Positions 50,999 to 61,510 are shown, numbered from the stretch's first letter. The stretch: 64,000 nucleotides of DNA from an uncultured Parachlamydiaceae bacterium (GCA_963752155.1 CAVVXH010000011.1:256001-320000), one strand, 5' to 3'. Program-made: numbers and translations. The notes: generated by a model from the letters alone, not told the origin.

Positions 50999-53071
50999 AT
51001 GAGGTTTGCTATGAAAAAATTGTATAATTATATTTTGTGTGTATTGCTACTTACGCAGGGACCTTGTACTGCTTATGAACTTTTAAATTTGAATGACATT
51101 CACAGCACAATGCAACAAATTTTATCCCAACATGTTGACCAAAAAGAGATCGACGGCAAAATCATTCGTCACGCTCTAAAGATATATATTGATAAGTTTG
51201 ACCCTGAGCGCATCTACTTACTCGAAGCAGAAATCGACCCCTACTTAAATTTATCAGAAACACAAAGCCAAACTGCTGTTGAAGCCTACAAGCATAATCA
51301 ATTTCCCAATTTCGAACGTCTTAATTTTACCATCCAAACAGCTATCTTGCGATCTCGTATGATACGCAAGGAATTGGAAAAAAATCCGGATGTATTATTT
51401 AAGAAGAGATTGGCTACCAATGAACAGAATTCAAAGTTTGACGACCCAGATCTTAAGCTGAAATTCCCCAAAAATAAAGACGAACTGCGACAAAACATCG
51501 AAAATAACTTAATCCAATTTATCGATGCAGAAAAACAACGTTTTAGTAAATCAACGGTGATGAATAATGAGCTCCAAACCCTTGAAATTTATGAGAAGAA
51601 CCTCCAAGACAAAGAAGAAACTTATCTTTATCGAAATCATAAAGGAGCTCCGTTCACTAAAGCTGAGCAAGAAAACGCCTTTACGATGCATATTTTAAAA
51701 GCTCTTGCCTCAAGCCTCGACGCCCACACCGCTTTTTATAGCGAATCCGAGGCTACAGATCTTAAAACTCTACTAGAAAAGGAATTTCAAGGAATTGGAA
51801 TCGTTTTCAAACAAATCCCTAGCGGGGATATCGCTATTAGTGATTTGACTGCAGGTGGTCCTGCAGCTAAAAGCGGAGTGGTTAAAATCAATGATCTCTT
51901 AGTAGAAATTAATGGAGCAAAAGTCGGAAAGAGTTCTTTAGAAAAGGTTGTAGAGACTATTCGGAACAATAAAAACCCGACTATTTCACTCACTCTAAAG
52001 CACAAAGGACAGGAAGAAACCTTTAAAGTCTCATTACAGAAGGAAGAATTGACTATTCAAGCGAATCGAGTAGATTCCTCTTATAGGAAAGTTGATGATG
52101 GTATTATAGGGATTATGAACCTACATTCATTTTATCAAGGTTCCAACGATGTGACAAGTGAAAATGATATTCGCAAAGCGCTTACAGGATTCAAGCAAAA
52201 GGGCAATTTGAAAGGCCTGATCCTCGATTTACGCGAAAATAGCGGAGGTTTTTTGGGTCAAGCTGTGAAAGTCGCCGGGCTCTTTATTACAAGCGGTGTG
52301 ATTGTTATCTCAAAGTACTTTAATGGAGAAGAACATTACTACAGAGATATTGACGGCAAATCCTATTACGAAGGCCCCTTAGTCATCCTCACCTCACGCT
52401 TGACAGCATCTGCAGCTGAGATTGTTGCCCAAGCACTTCAAGATTATGGTGTGGCTTTAATTGTTGGAGATGAGACGACTTATGGTAAGGGAACTATCCA
52501 GAATCAAAACGTTACAGGTAACAGCGCAAAAGGTTCTATGCTTTTTAAGGTAACCGTTGGCAAATACTATACGGTTTCTGGGAAAACTCCACAGATAGAA
52601 GGTGTTAAAGCTGACATCGTAGTCCCTGGACTTTATAACTTCGAACATTTGGGAGAACAGTACTTAGAATATACCGTACCGAATGACAAGATCAAGAACG
52701 AGTATGTGGATGACCTCGAGGATGTAGCACCGAATTTGCGTTCATGGTACCAACTGCATTACTTATCTACGATACAACAAAAGAATTCTCTCTGGCAAAG
52801 TATGCTTCCTGCTTTAAGAGCCAACAGTGCGAAAAGGCTAGCAGAAAGTAAGCAATATCAAAAGTTTTTAGGATTATTGCGTGAAGGGCATCCTACAGTA
52901 TTTTATGCGAGGGATCCAGCCGGAAATCCTAAAGCGATTGATTTCCAACTCAATGAGGCCCTGAATATAGTGAAAGACATGATTCAGCTTCAACAACAAG
53001 AACGCAGCAAAAAAATCGTCAATGATGCAAAAAAAGGCGTTGCAGAAAAAGCGGCTTTTTCATACGATTAG
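50999..53071 (+). CDS. tsp: Tail-specific (S41) protease with PDZ domain
   Basis: Signal peptide, LDAHT, GIGI, DLRENSGG, ASAAEI, TYGKGTIQ. Confidence 0.92.
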   Translation: MRFAMKKLYNYILCVLLLTQGPCTAYELLNLNDIHSTMQQILSQHVDQKEIDGKIIRHALKIYIDKFDPERIYLLEAEIDPYLNLSETQSQTAVEAYKHNQFPNFERLNFTIQTAILRSRMIRKELEKNPDVLFKKRLATNEQNSKFDDPDLKLKFPKNKDELRQNIENNLIQFIDAEKQRFSKSTVMNNELQTLEIYEKNLQDKEETYLYRNHKGAPFTKAEQENAFTMHILKALASSLDAHTAFYSESEATDLKTLLEKEFQGIGIVFKQIPSGDIAISDLTAGGPAAKSGVVKINDLLVEINGAKVGKSSLEKVVETIRNNKNPTISLTLKHKGQEETFKVSLQKEELTIQANRVDSSYRKVDDGIIGIMNLHSFYQGSNDVTSENDIRKALTGFKQKGNLKGLILDLRENSGGFLGQAVKVAGLFITSGVIVISKYFNGEEHYYRDIDGKSYYEGPLVILTSRLTASAAEIVAQALQDYGVALIVGDETTYGKGTIQNQNVTGNSAKGSMLFKVTVGKYYTVSGKTPQIEGVKADIVVPGLYNFEHLGEQYLEYTVPNDKIKNEYVDDLEDVAPNLRSWYQLHYLSTIQQKNSLWQSMLPALRANSAKRLAESKQYQKFLGLLREGHPTVFYARDPAGNPKAIDFQLNEALNIVKDMIQLQQQERSKKIVNDAKKGVAEKAAFSYD

Positions 53072-53086
53072 GTTTCCAATTTATGT

Positions 53087-53159
53087 GGCCAGATAGCTCA
53101 GTCGGTAGAGCGGAGGACTGAAAATCCTTGTGTCGCTGGTTCGATTCCAGTTCTGGCCA
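53087..53159 (+). tRNA. tRNA-Phe (GAA)
   Basis: GGCCAGA acceptor stem, TAGCTCAGTCGGTAGAGC D-arm, anticodon loop CTGAAAA, GGTTCGATTCC T-arm; CCA not encoded. Confidence 0.97.
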
Positions 53160-53197
53160 CTTTCTTTAAAGCTTAAAGGTGAGAGCCTTAAGGTTAC

Positions 53198-53488
53198 ATG
53201 GTTCGCTACGATGAACGTATGCCCCAAATTCTTAAGGATAAGCTAAGGGAATGGGCGATTTTATTTAATTTGGTTGCTCAATTTTTTGAAGGAGATCCAA
53301 TAAAAACAGCTCTCTGGTTTAAGACAGTAAATCCAATGTTAGGTGGTATTTCACCTCGTGATATGATCCGATTTGGACGATATCAAAAATTACTTAAATT
53401 CATTCTTGACGCTCTCTCCGAAAACCAACATCCGTTACTTGAAGTGGATCGACATTGGATGTACAGAGTATCCTTTACACAGATTTAG
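53198..53488 (+). CDS. Xre/MbcA/ParS-type antitoxin C-terminal domain (probably 5'-truncated)
   Basis: F.GD......W....NP.LGG.SP.D.I..G pattern. Confidence 0.6.
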   Translation: MVRYDERMPQILKDKLREWAILFNLVAQFFEGDPIKTALWFKTVNPMLGGISPRDMIRFGRYQKLLKFILDALSENQHPLLEVDRHWMYRVSFTQI

Positions 53489-54044
53489 CTATTCTTGGGC
53501 GATAGAATCCTTTATCCACAACTTCTAATAACCGTAGAGCTACATGACTCGGAACGCGAGCTCCTGATTCCCAAGATTGGACGGTTTTAATACTGACATT
53601 CAAAACTTTTGCAAAGATTCCCTGCGAATAGTGATTCTGCTCTCTAATTCTTTTAATATCTTCAGCCCTGTATTCAGCAGGAGGTTCAGGAATTTCAATG
53701 ACTTCCGATTTAAGAGTAATCTTTCCTTCTACATGCGCTAAAGCTTCTTCTAGACCTTTTTTAAGACCTTTAAATAACTTACTCATTTCTAATTCTCCTT
53801 TCAATAGAATCTGCCAACTGTTATATAAATAGCAAACTCGAAAACCGCCGCTTTTGCCTTTAGTAGCAGATTTCAAGCGAACCTTTCGTATCCCTCCAGT
53901 GCCAGGGATCATATCTCCTTGTTCTGGATTTTCTATCAAGCTTTTCTTGAAATCCTCAAAATCTTCTTTTTTGAGCTTTCTTCTTGTTATAAGCTTTTCA
54001 ATCGAATCTTCAAAATCTTGTGTCTGTATTAGTTGGCATTTCAT
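53475..54044 (-). CDS. RelE/HigB-2 toxin fragment fused in frame to HigA-type HTH antitoxin (internal antitoxin start at 53786)
   Basis: NP..GD.IPGTGG.RK.R....KGKSGG.RV.Y, then RBS aaggag and MSKLF...SQ..FA..L.VS..TVQSWE.G.R.P. Confidence 0.85.
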   Translation of the reverse strand: MKCQLIQTQDFEDSIEKLITRRKLKKEDFEDFKKSLIENPEQGDMIPGTGGIRKVRLKSATKGKSGGFRVCYLYNSWQILLKGELEMSKLFKGLKKGLEEALAHVEGKITLKSEVIEIPEPPAEYRAEDIKRIREQNHYSQGIFAKVLNVSIKTVQSWESGARVPSHVALRLLEVVDKGFYRPRIAKSV

Positions 54045-54352
54045 ATTCTCATATATACCACACAGTGGGATAGTTTGTCAAGTTATTGCAATCAATCGGG
54101 TGTGATTTTTTCTCGTACATAGCTAAGCCACCAATTTTGAGGCTACGTAGCTACACTCAACATCGGATGAGCTACAATTTTCGATGTGATCAGAATGATG
54201 AGATATTAATCCACCAATGCTCTAACCCGTCCAACATGAATGAATTATGCTAATCCTTTATACCAAATTTTAATTTTCCTATGTACAACTTTTAATCCCC
54301 GCATCTGTATAAACCTTGACAAATTTTGACAAAATGTTTAGATTCTAAAAGT

Positions 54353-54648
54353 ATGAAAGTAAACATTGGAACAGCAGCTAAAGAATTAGGCATTGCCAGA
54401 GAGACCTTAAGGCGATGGGAACGTGATGGAATAATCTCAGTTGAACGTACCCCTCAGTTATCATTAATGCAAGTGAAGAGTCTGACTTTGAAGATGACTT
54501 GGTGCAAGATCTCCTTGAAATTATTACAGTTTTTTCAGCTAGACTTTATGATTCACGAAGCGGTAAAAATAAAAAACTATTAGAAGCTTTGAAAGATGCT
54601 GCTGCTGAGCTAAGTGAAAATCCGAAAGCAAAGAGACTAAAAAAATAA
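54353..54648 (+). pseudogene. IS607-family TnpA (MerR-HTH serine transposase) remnant with internal deletion
   Basis: IGTAAKELGI..ETLRRWE..G....ERTP joined out of frame to EDDLVQDLLEIITVFSARLY..RS.KN. Confidence 0.85.
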
Positions 54649-54703
54649 TGGTTGATATCGCAGTTGATCTGAATGAGATCGTTTAAAAGAAAGTGATGGT
54701 TCA

Positions 54704-55516
54704 ATGATGAGATATCGTAGTTTTTTACTTATCTCCTTACTACTTGCAATATGTCTTTATCCTAACACATCTAGAGCCATCACTATTGCAAATATTTCAT
54801 ATGCCCCCTCAGGAGATACTATGAATGTTCCAATGAAAACAATCGGCTTGTTAGGTGGAACTGGTTGGTCATCAACCATTGGGTACTACACACTGTTGAA
54901 TGAGTTAATGCACGCACGGCTTGGCGGACATCATAGTGCCAAGATTTTACTAAAAAGTATCGATTATCAAGATCTTTGGAGTAGTTACGGTAATGATCAA
55001 AAAGCCTCTCAGCTTTTGCAAGAAGAGCTTGAAGGTTTAATAGCATTGCGGCCTGACTGTATCATCATTTGCTGCAATACTTTACATAAATATTATGACA
55101 TGATTAAAGATAAGCTCCATTCTTCTATTCCAGTGATGCATGCTGTTGATTTGGTCGTGCAACATGCTCAAAATCGTAGCTATAAAAAAGTGCTCTTCTT
55201 AGCCACCAAATTCACCATGGAAGATGGCTTCTTTGCTAAGAAGCTTGAAAATGCTGACATTGATGTGATGATTCCTACCCAAGAAGAGCGTAATGTCATG
55301 AAAGATATTCACGGTCAATTAATGATAAATAATATCACTGCTGAAGCTAGAGAATATTTTCGAATGTTGATTCTTAAACATGCTGATCTAGACGCTGTTA
55401 TACTTGGATGTACAGAGTATCCTCTAGTTATAGATGAAACCAATTCTGTCTTGCCGATCATCGATCCTGTCAATCTTCAAGCATCTAAAGCAGTTGACTA
55501 TGCATTATCAAAATAA
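54704..55516 (+). CDS. Aspartate/glutamate racemase family protein (RacX/YgeA-like)
   Basis: MKTIGLLGG..W.ST..YY, catalytic CCNTLH and LGCTE; alternative start at 54821 with RBS aggag. Confidence 0.9.
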   Translation: MMRYRSFLLISLLLAICLYPNTSRAITIANISYAPSGDTMNVPMKTIGLLGGTGWSSTIGYYTLLNELMHARLGGHHSAKILLKSIDYQDLWSSYGNDQKASQLLQEELEGLIALRPDCIIICCNTLHKYYDMIKDKLHSSIPVMHAVDLVVQHAQNRSYKKVLFLATKFTMEDGFFAKKLENADIDVMIPTQEERNVMKDIHGQLMINNITAEAREYFRMLILKHADLDAVILGCTEYPLVIDETNSVLPIIDPVNLQASKAVDYALSK

Positions 55517-55609
55517 ATCGTTTCAACCCTACCAAAAAAGCTAGAAGGGCAGCTTCCAACAATTCATGAGATCGAAGCTGAGCTAAGTGCGGACTTCAAA
55601 ATACTCTAA
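55517..55609 (+). pseudogene. C-terminal remnant of a YhcG/DUF1016 protein
   Basis: Reads IVSTLPKKLEGQLPTIHEIEAELS, resembling the DUF1016 C-terminal LP..EE.E.EL. Confidence 0.55.
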
Positions 55610-55810
55610 ACGGCCTGGAAAAATTTTTCCGTGGCGAATGCGATACTACCTATTGGATTGCTTATGATAAATATTGCAAGCTGGCATCCAGTCCCTCACT
55701 ACCAAATGGAGTTATTTATGAAAGATCTTTTACATGCTATTCAGGGAAAGAAAGCATTTGGCATACTGGCTAGCCCTAAGTTAAAGAATTGCAAGTGTAA
55801 ATTTAATCAT

Positions 55811-56243
55811 TGTTAGCGCAAAGTTAAAAACCGGAAATTTCAACTTTGCAGAAACCGGAAATTTTAACTCCTAAATAACAAGTTCGCGCCTTGCCATTGG
55901 TGCCTGACCTGATATTCTGACATTTGCCGATGCGATAACATTGCTTCCTAAAGGGCAAATGTCAGAATGTCAGGTCTGGAACCAAGGCTGGAACGTTACC
56001 CCCAAGATTTACGCAACTTAAAAAAGCGTCGTTTTCAATTAATAACAAGATACTTAATTCTGAGAGGTAACGTTTTGGCCTTGGTTCCAGACCTGACATT
56101 CTGACATTTGCCCTTTAGGAAGCAATGTTATCGCATCGGCAAATGTCAGAATATCAGGTCAGGCACCAATGGCAAGGCGCTTTAAAAATTTGTTATTTCC
56201 CAATAGGGGGCACCGCAGGCAACTGTCTCGCTTTGCGCTAACA
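55811..56243. mobile_element. Non-autonomous element with IS1202/ISNCY-like ends enclosing a family B palindrome
   Basis: TIR tgttagcgcaaag / ctttgcgctaaca; flanking 16-bp repeats gtgtaaatttaatcat / gcgtaaatttaaccat; subterminal aaccggaaattt(c/t)aact twice. Confidence 0.75.
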
Positions 56244-56396
56244 GCGTAAATTTAACCATTATATTTCATCCGAGGAATGTGTATTTTTTTTAAATTGCAT
56301 GTTCTAACATTTATCGTTGCAATGATTATCATCATCTGCTAGAATATGGGGTATGGCAACTCTTATTATAATAAACAATAACTTAAGGAAAAATAA

Positions 56397-57788
56397 ATGA
56401 ATATTCAAAATTTTGCTTTTAATCCATTTGCCCTATTAACAGCTCAAAATGGTTGGCAAGCCGCAACAAATTCCCCTTTGACCAACCTCTATAACGGTGT
56501 AGTCAATACCCTATATGATTTATATGTAAAAAACCCTTCTGATATGATCGTTGGCAATGTTAAAGCTCTTACAAAGACAGCCGCTCTATGTTCAACAAAA
56601 ACAAAAATTGCTGTTGCAGCAACAGCAGTCTTCAGCACTCTTTATTATTTGATGTTCTTCGGAACGACGTTTTATTTTACAGGGCAATGCCTTTTCGCCC
56701 TTGGAACTAAAACCAATTTAATCCCCCTTATAAAGATCGGAGCTATTGCCAGTAAAATTGGTAACAACTTATTTATGAGTGGAGCTGTTCCTCTTTATGC
56801 TCTTTTCTACGCTCTTCCAAAATTTCTCATTTCATCCATGCCGAAAGTGATGAATTTTTTAAATGAACAAATTACGAAGATTGCACATGGGGTGTTTAAT
56901 CATGTACTCAGGCCTATTTGGAACCACTTCATTGATCCTGCCATGAGGTTTGCTAGCGATGTCGTCAAATATTGTGCAAGCAAATTCGAAGCGGGATTGA
57001 AAGTGACTTGGGATGCGATTTGTAAGTTAACTGAAACGATTTTCAAAAAATTGCTCATTCCTTTTTGGAATCATGTTATCTACCCAACTTTATGTGGAAT
57101 AAAGGATCTTGTTCATTATACTGGTAAAATGTTTAGTGCTGCACTAGATACTCTAAAGTCAAAAATTGCTTCCTCTTGTCAATGGATCTTTCAAAACGTT
57201 CTCAAGCCATTTTGGAATGATTTCTTTCTTCCGGCCCTTCAATTCGCCAATAAAGGGCTAAAATTCTGCGCAAACTTGGTCAATACAGGCCTTAAAATGG
57301 CTCAGCAGGTCCTTCATCAAATAACTCACAAAGTCGCTTGCTTAGCTCAGTGGATTTTTAAACACCTTATTGTCTCTACTTGGAACAAATTTTTAAGTCC
57401 CCTACTTCATCAAGTTCGCAATTTTACTGAGACTATAGTTAAAACTTTGGTCCAATCAATTCAGGCTCTTTCAGGTATTGTAAAAGAAATCTGGTCATCA
57501 AGTTTGAAATTACTCGCTCCTGTATTTAAAAATATCTCAGGCTTATTAAATTCTGGACGAAATCTCCTAAATAATTTCATTATACAACCGATCATTTCTA
57601 TTCTTTCGAAAGCCTCTGAGAAAGTTAGCGATATTTTTAAATTACTGCTTGCGGAGCTCATTGTTCCTACAGTAAAACTCGTAACAGAAACAACCGGTAG
57701 ACTTATGGCTGGAGTGAATCATTTTTCTCAAGAAACTTGGCAAATGGTGAGTACCACATTTAATCAACTAGGACAATATTTTAAGTAA
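56397..57788 (+). CDS. Amphipathic helical repeat protein
   Basis: RBS aagga; four repeats such as IF..vL.PfWN..i.P. Confidence 0.8.
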   Translation: MNIQNFAFNPFALLTAQNGWQAATNSPLTNLYNGVVNTLYDLYVKNPSDMIVGNVKALTKTAALCSTKTKIAVAATAVFSTLYYLMFFGTTFYFTGQCLFALGTKTNLIPLIKIGAIASKIGNNLFMSGAVPLYALFYALPKFLISSMPKVMNFLNEQITKIAHGVFNHVLRPIWNHFIDPAMRFASDVVKYCASKFEAGLKVTWDAICKLTETIFKKLLIPFWNHVIYPTLCGIKDLVHYTGKMFSAALDTLKSKIASSCQWIFQNVLKPFWNDFFLPALQFANKGLKFCANLVNTGLKMAQQVLHQITHKVACLAQWIFKHLIVSTWNKFLSPLLHQVRNFTETIVKTLVQSIQALSGIVKEIWSSSLKLLAPVFKNISGLLNSGRNLLNNFIIQPIISILSKASEKVSDIFKLLLAELIVPTVKLVTETTGRLMAGVNHFSQETWQMVSTTFNQLGQYFK

Positions 57789-57815
57789 ATTAACTAACAT
57801 CTCCACAAGCAAGGC

Positions 57816-57853
57816 TCAGCTATTTCCTTAAGCAGGGAAATGCTGAGGCTTTA
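57816..57853 (+). terminator. Hairpin downstream of 57788, possible intrinsic terminator
   Basis: ctcagctatttcct...gggaaatgctgag followed by gctttt. Confidence 0.5.
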
Positions 57854-57930
57854 CTTAAATTAAAAAAAATGTTATTCTAATAATATAGAGAAAAGGCCAA
57901 TGAAAGGCCACTAGCATTGAGGAGGTTTGT

Positions 57931-58197
57931 ATGAATGTTAATGATGTTGACAGTACAGTTCCCGTTGTGGACAGCATGAATCCATATGATCCTAAAAGTA
58001 TTTTATATAATCCTTCACTTGTCGAAAAGTCAGGTGAAGATAAAAATATAAGTGCTTTAAACACGCAGAATGATTTAAATACCATTTCCGCAATAAACAA
58101 TACTGGAAATGCATCTAGCTTAAATCTGCAAACAGATGTTAACCAGTCAGATGTCATTAAAGAACTAAAAAAACATGGACGTAGAACAAAAGTATAA
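57931..58197 (+). CDS. Small hypothetical protein
   Basis: RBS ggaggt; 88 aa, N/S/D-rich with basic C-terminus. Confidence 0.6.
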   Translation: MNVNDVDSTVPVVDSMNPYDPKSILYNPSLVEKSGEDKNISALNTQNDLNTISAINNTGNASSLNLQTDVNQSDVIKELKKHGRRTKV

Positions 58198-58198
58198 A

Positions 58199-59065
58199 TT
58201 AAACAGTAAAGCTTTCTATTGAGGGCTCAACTATTATGTAGGGTTCTTTTATTTTACTAAAATGATTCTGAACGATTGGAATGAATTTAGCATCTTTTGG
58301 GTTTCCATGACTTTTACCGCAAAGGATAATTACTTTTCTTCCTTCGTTCATTTTTTTTTCTATTTGAGTGTTTAAGAAATTTTGTCTATTTTCAAAAGTC
58401 GAGTACATTAAATCGATTTCCAATTGTTGGAAGGCTATTTTAAATCTTAAATTATATTCTTTAAATCTTTCTTCAAATATTTTTTGTTTTACATTTTGCA
58501 TTTTTTTATTTATATAAGAATCGATCTCCGAATCAGAATAAAAAGAAATTGACTGAGTAGCTGCAAAATTTTTGAGTGTATTCCAATGATCTATCTGAGA
58601 TTTTTCTGATTGGTTCGATCCGATCACATTTTTGGTGGCAGAAGTCACCTTATCAATTAAAGCGAAAAGAGCAAAAGTTTTTTGATACACCTCAGGATCA
58701 TCCCAGCCTTCAATTTGATATTTCGAACGGTTTAAACGTACAAACCAATTAAGGTGCAATTCGAATTTCTTGGATGCTGCACTTTCTTCGACCAGAATAA
58801 CCGTATTAGAATCATAAATTTGCTCAATAATTTTCTGAAAAAATATACACTGAGTTTTAAAATGTGTTGATTTTGGATCATGATTATAGAGAAAGTATAT
58901 GATTTTAGCTTGCTCGATTGCTTTTAATTTGTTTTGATATTCATCTGAGGAAGAAATTGATGTATCAACATTCAGTTGATATTTTACGACATGGTCGGGA
59001 TTGATTGAATTCATTTTAACTCCTTTAAATGAAAAGACTGAATAGGCCTGTTTCTGGGGAGACAC
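58199..59065 (-). CDS. Hypothetical protein (probable start MNSINP near 59014)
   Basis: Long ORF in AT-rich DNA; H...LVE...GWD...R......CG..H pattern loosely TraB/haem-binding-like. Confidence 0.7.
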   Translation of the reverse strand: MSPQKQAYSVFSFKGVKMNSINPDHVVKYQLNVDTSISSSDEYQNKLKAIEQAKIIYFLYNHDPKSTHFKTQCIFFQKIIEQIYDSNTVILVEESAASKKFELHLNWFVRLNRSKYQIEGWDDPEVYQKTFALFALIDKVTSATKNVIGSNQSEKSQIDHWNTLKNFAATQSISFYSDSEIDSYINKKMQNVKQKIFEERFKEYNLRFKIAFQQLEIDLMYSTFENRQNFLNTQIEKKMNEGRKVIILCGKSHGNPKDAKFIPIVQNHFSKIKEPYIIVEPSIESFTV

Positions 59066-59239
59066 TTCTCCTAGCTTCCTTGCCGTCCTTTAATTTTAGC
59101 AGAATTTAAAAATAAAATCAACTGTTTTGGCAAAAAAAAATTCAAATTTTAATTTACCAATTAAATAATTAATTTCTTAATAAAAAACTTTTTATTATAT
59201 AATACAAGTAAAGGAAGGCCAATAAAAGGAGAATTTAGT

Positions 59240-61510
59240 ATGGAATCAACTTCAAAATTAGAACAGTTTATTTCAAAAGCAAATAATTATATTGATAAAG
59301 ATGTGTCAAAAAATCAAATCGAAGAGCTTGCACAATTGGTTATAACTAATTCAAATTTATTAATAGATGTAGATCGATCAATTTTACAAAAAATTAATGT
59401 TAAATTATTAAATGAAGGAAAAATGTCAAGTGAAAATAGTGCTGTTTTCTTAATTCAATATGCCTATAATAATTCATTGAATCGCGAAAATAAATTATTT
59501 AAAGAGGTCTCAGACGATGCATCCTTTTTACAACAGACTTTAAGCCCTCTAAAAAATTTAAATAACACTTATAAAGTGGTCATTTCGCAAAATCGGGTCA
59601 CAGGCCAATTTGATGTTTCAATCTCCAAGGGAACCCCTTCAAAATGGGAATCCTTTAAACAATCTACCTATACTCCACTTTATGAGATTTCCGAAAGTCC
59701 AGAAAAAATTTTAAGTTTTATATCTATCGGAGTTCACGTGCAAAATATACTATCAAATGTAAATCGAATAACGGAAAAATTGAATAAAGACGAAATTTCA
59801 CCTGCAGAAGTTGAAAAATATTTAGGCCTACTAAAGTCCTTAAACGAATCCTTGAAGGATGGTGCTATTGGTTTAGAAAGATTGCAAAGTTCTCCACAAT
59901 TTGAAAATTCATACCTAGAACTCACAAAAGATAAAAATGCTCTAGAAAAAGTGATAGGGCATGTCGAAGCTCTGCATTCTGAATATTTCGATCTTAAAAA
60001 TTTTTTGTTATCCGTCCCACAAGAAAAAAGAGCTTCAGTGAAAAAACTCTACCATGAAACGAAAAGCCAAGCGTACAGTATTCGAAGCCAAACGTTCAAT
60101 CCCACATTGATCATACATGAAGAGAGATTTCTTAACGATTTCTCAAGCTATTTAATAGAAAAATCAAACATTCTTCCCTGTCAGCCCGATTTCAAAATCT
60201 CAAATGGCTCCCCAGATGATCTTAAGAATCTCAAAGTCATTCCGCTAAAAATAAATGGGTCTATTGTCGATAATCCGGAAGAATTCATATTGAATCTGGG
60301 AAAAGGTTTTGAAAAGAATACAAAAACTATGCAAATATTCGCAAAAATGATTTCTCCTGAAATGTTTAATGAATTACTAAAAGTAGCTAAAAATCTATCT
60401 AAAAATGAAAATCTATCTCCTTTAGGAAATTCTATAATAGCTGAAATAAATACAGATAAATATGGATTTATTGAAATTGTTTTAAAGATTGGATGTGGAA
60501 ATATAAATGCTAATGGAGAAGTTGAAGAATTCTTATTAGCTAGAAGAAGTATTAAGATTTTAATAGAACATTTAAACACATTCCTTTTAAATAATAAAGA
60601 AATGAATTTGAACGATGGGGCATTTACAATCACAGATTTCATTTCAAAGGAAGTGAAGGTAAAAGAATTTGAGTTTAATGATAGAGAATACGAGACATCT
60701 ATTGGGCCGATGTTGACCCATTTTACGCCTGCTAAATCTACTTGGGGATTAGAAACAGCTAAGATGCTATCTACAACAGCCGAACCTTTAAAGAATATAG
60801 ATGCGATCGAAGTTTTTGTCAGTATCCTGAGAGGAGAAAAAATTGATATGACACCCGTTCAACTAATAGGTAAGGGAGAGAATGGAATCCCATTTATAGT
60901 TCCGGCATGCTATACAAAAGATGTAGATAGAGTAAGCAGCGTTAAAATAAATAATGTAGAACATAAGGGTGCATACGAAATCTTTAAAAGATTGGCTGAA
61001 GCCCTTGGAGAAGATCCAAAGGAACCCGCTGTAACAACTTTCGTCAGTAGCCTAGTCAATCAGGCCATGGCTTCTGACATAACTAATTCATTGGTTTTCT
61101 TTGTGGAGGATGAATTTCACTCTGAAACTCTAGGTGAAAGAACTTATGAATTCAATGTTGATTCCAAAAACAACTTAACTATCGAACTTAAAGCTATTTC
61201 TTATGAACAAGTTAATGGCCCAAAAGGTAATGGCCTGGCTAAGGGCCGAGTTATTACGCGTAAATATCAAATGCCACTCAAAGAACTGCAGACAGCAGTG
61301 CAGAATAAAAGTCCCGAATTGTTGGTGAATATTCAAAGTGAAACTAAAATATCTGATTCATTTTTTGTTCGAGGAAAGAACCAAACCTATGATGATCCCC
61401 CATCAATTCTCAATCACAAAGACAAACGAATATCTAAACTCGACAACGGAGGGAGACTTAACAAAGAAGACGCTATAGACCTCTTAGAGAATTATCAACC
61501 AAAATCCTAA
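59240..61510 (+). CDS. Large hypothetical protein, candidate secreted effector
   Basis: 756-aa ORF, RBS aaggag, no recognisable motif. Confidence 0.8.
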   Translation: MESTSKLEQFISKANNYIDKDVSKNQIEELAQLVITNSNLLIDVDRSILQKINVKLLNEGKMSSENSAVFLIQYAYNNSLNRENKLFKEVSDDASFLQQTLSPLKNLNNTYKVVISQNRVTGQFDVSISKGTPSKWESFKQSTYTPLYEISESPEKILSFISIGVHVQNILSNVNRITEKLNKDEISPAEVEKYLGLLKSLNESLKDGAIGLERLQSSPQFENSYLELTKDKNALEKVIGHVEALHSEYFDLKNFLLSVPQEKRASVKKLYHETKSQAYSIRSQTFNPTLIIHEERFLNDFSSYLIEKSNILPCQPDFKISNGSPDDLKNLKVIPLKINGSIVDNPEEFILNLGKGFEKNTKTMQIFAKMISPEMFNELLKVAKNLSKNENLSPLGNSIIAEINTDKYGFIEIVLKIGCGNINANGEVEEFLLARRSIKILIEHLNTFLLNNKEMNLNDGAFTITDFISKEVKVKEFEFNDREYETSIGPMLTHFTPAKSTWGLETAKMLSTTAEPLKNIDAIEVFVSILRGEKIDMTPVQLIGKGENGIPFIVPACYTKDVDRVSSVKINNVEHKGAYEIFKRLAEALGEDPKEPAVTTFVSSLVNQAMASDITNSLVFFVEDEFHSETLGERTYEFNVDSKNNLTIELKAISYEQVNGPKGNGLAKGRVITRKYQMPLKELQTAVQNKSPELLVNIQSETKISDSFFVRGKNQTYDDPPSILNHKDKRISKLDNGGRLNKEDAIDLLENYQPKS

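Noticed and set aside
56244..56275. dif/XerCD site next to the IS1202-like element
   Set aside because: Only a loose atttaac match; no convincing 28-bp XerC/XerD arrangement
56397..57788. Prophage
   Set aside because: No capsid, terminase, tail or integrase genes nearby
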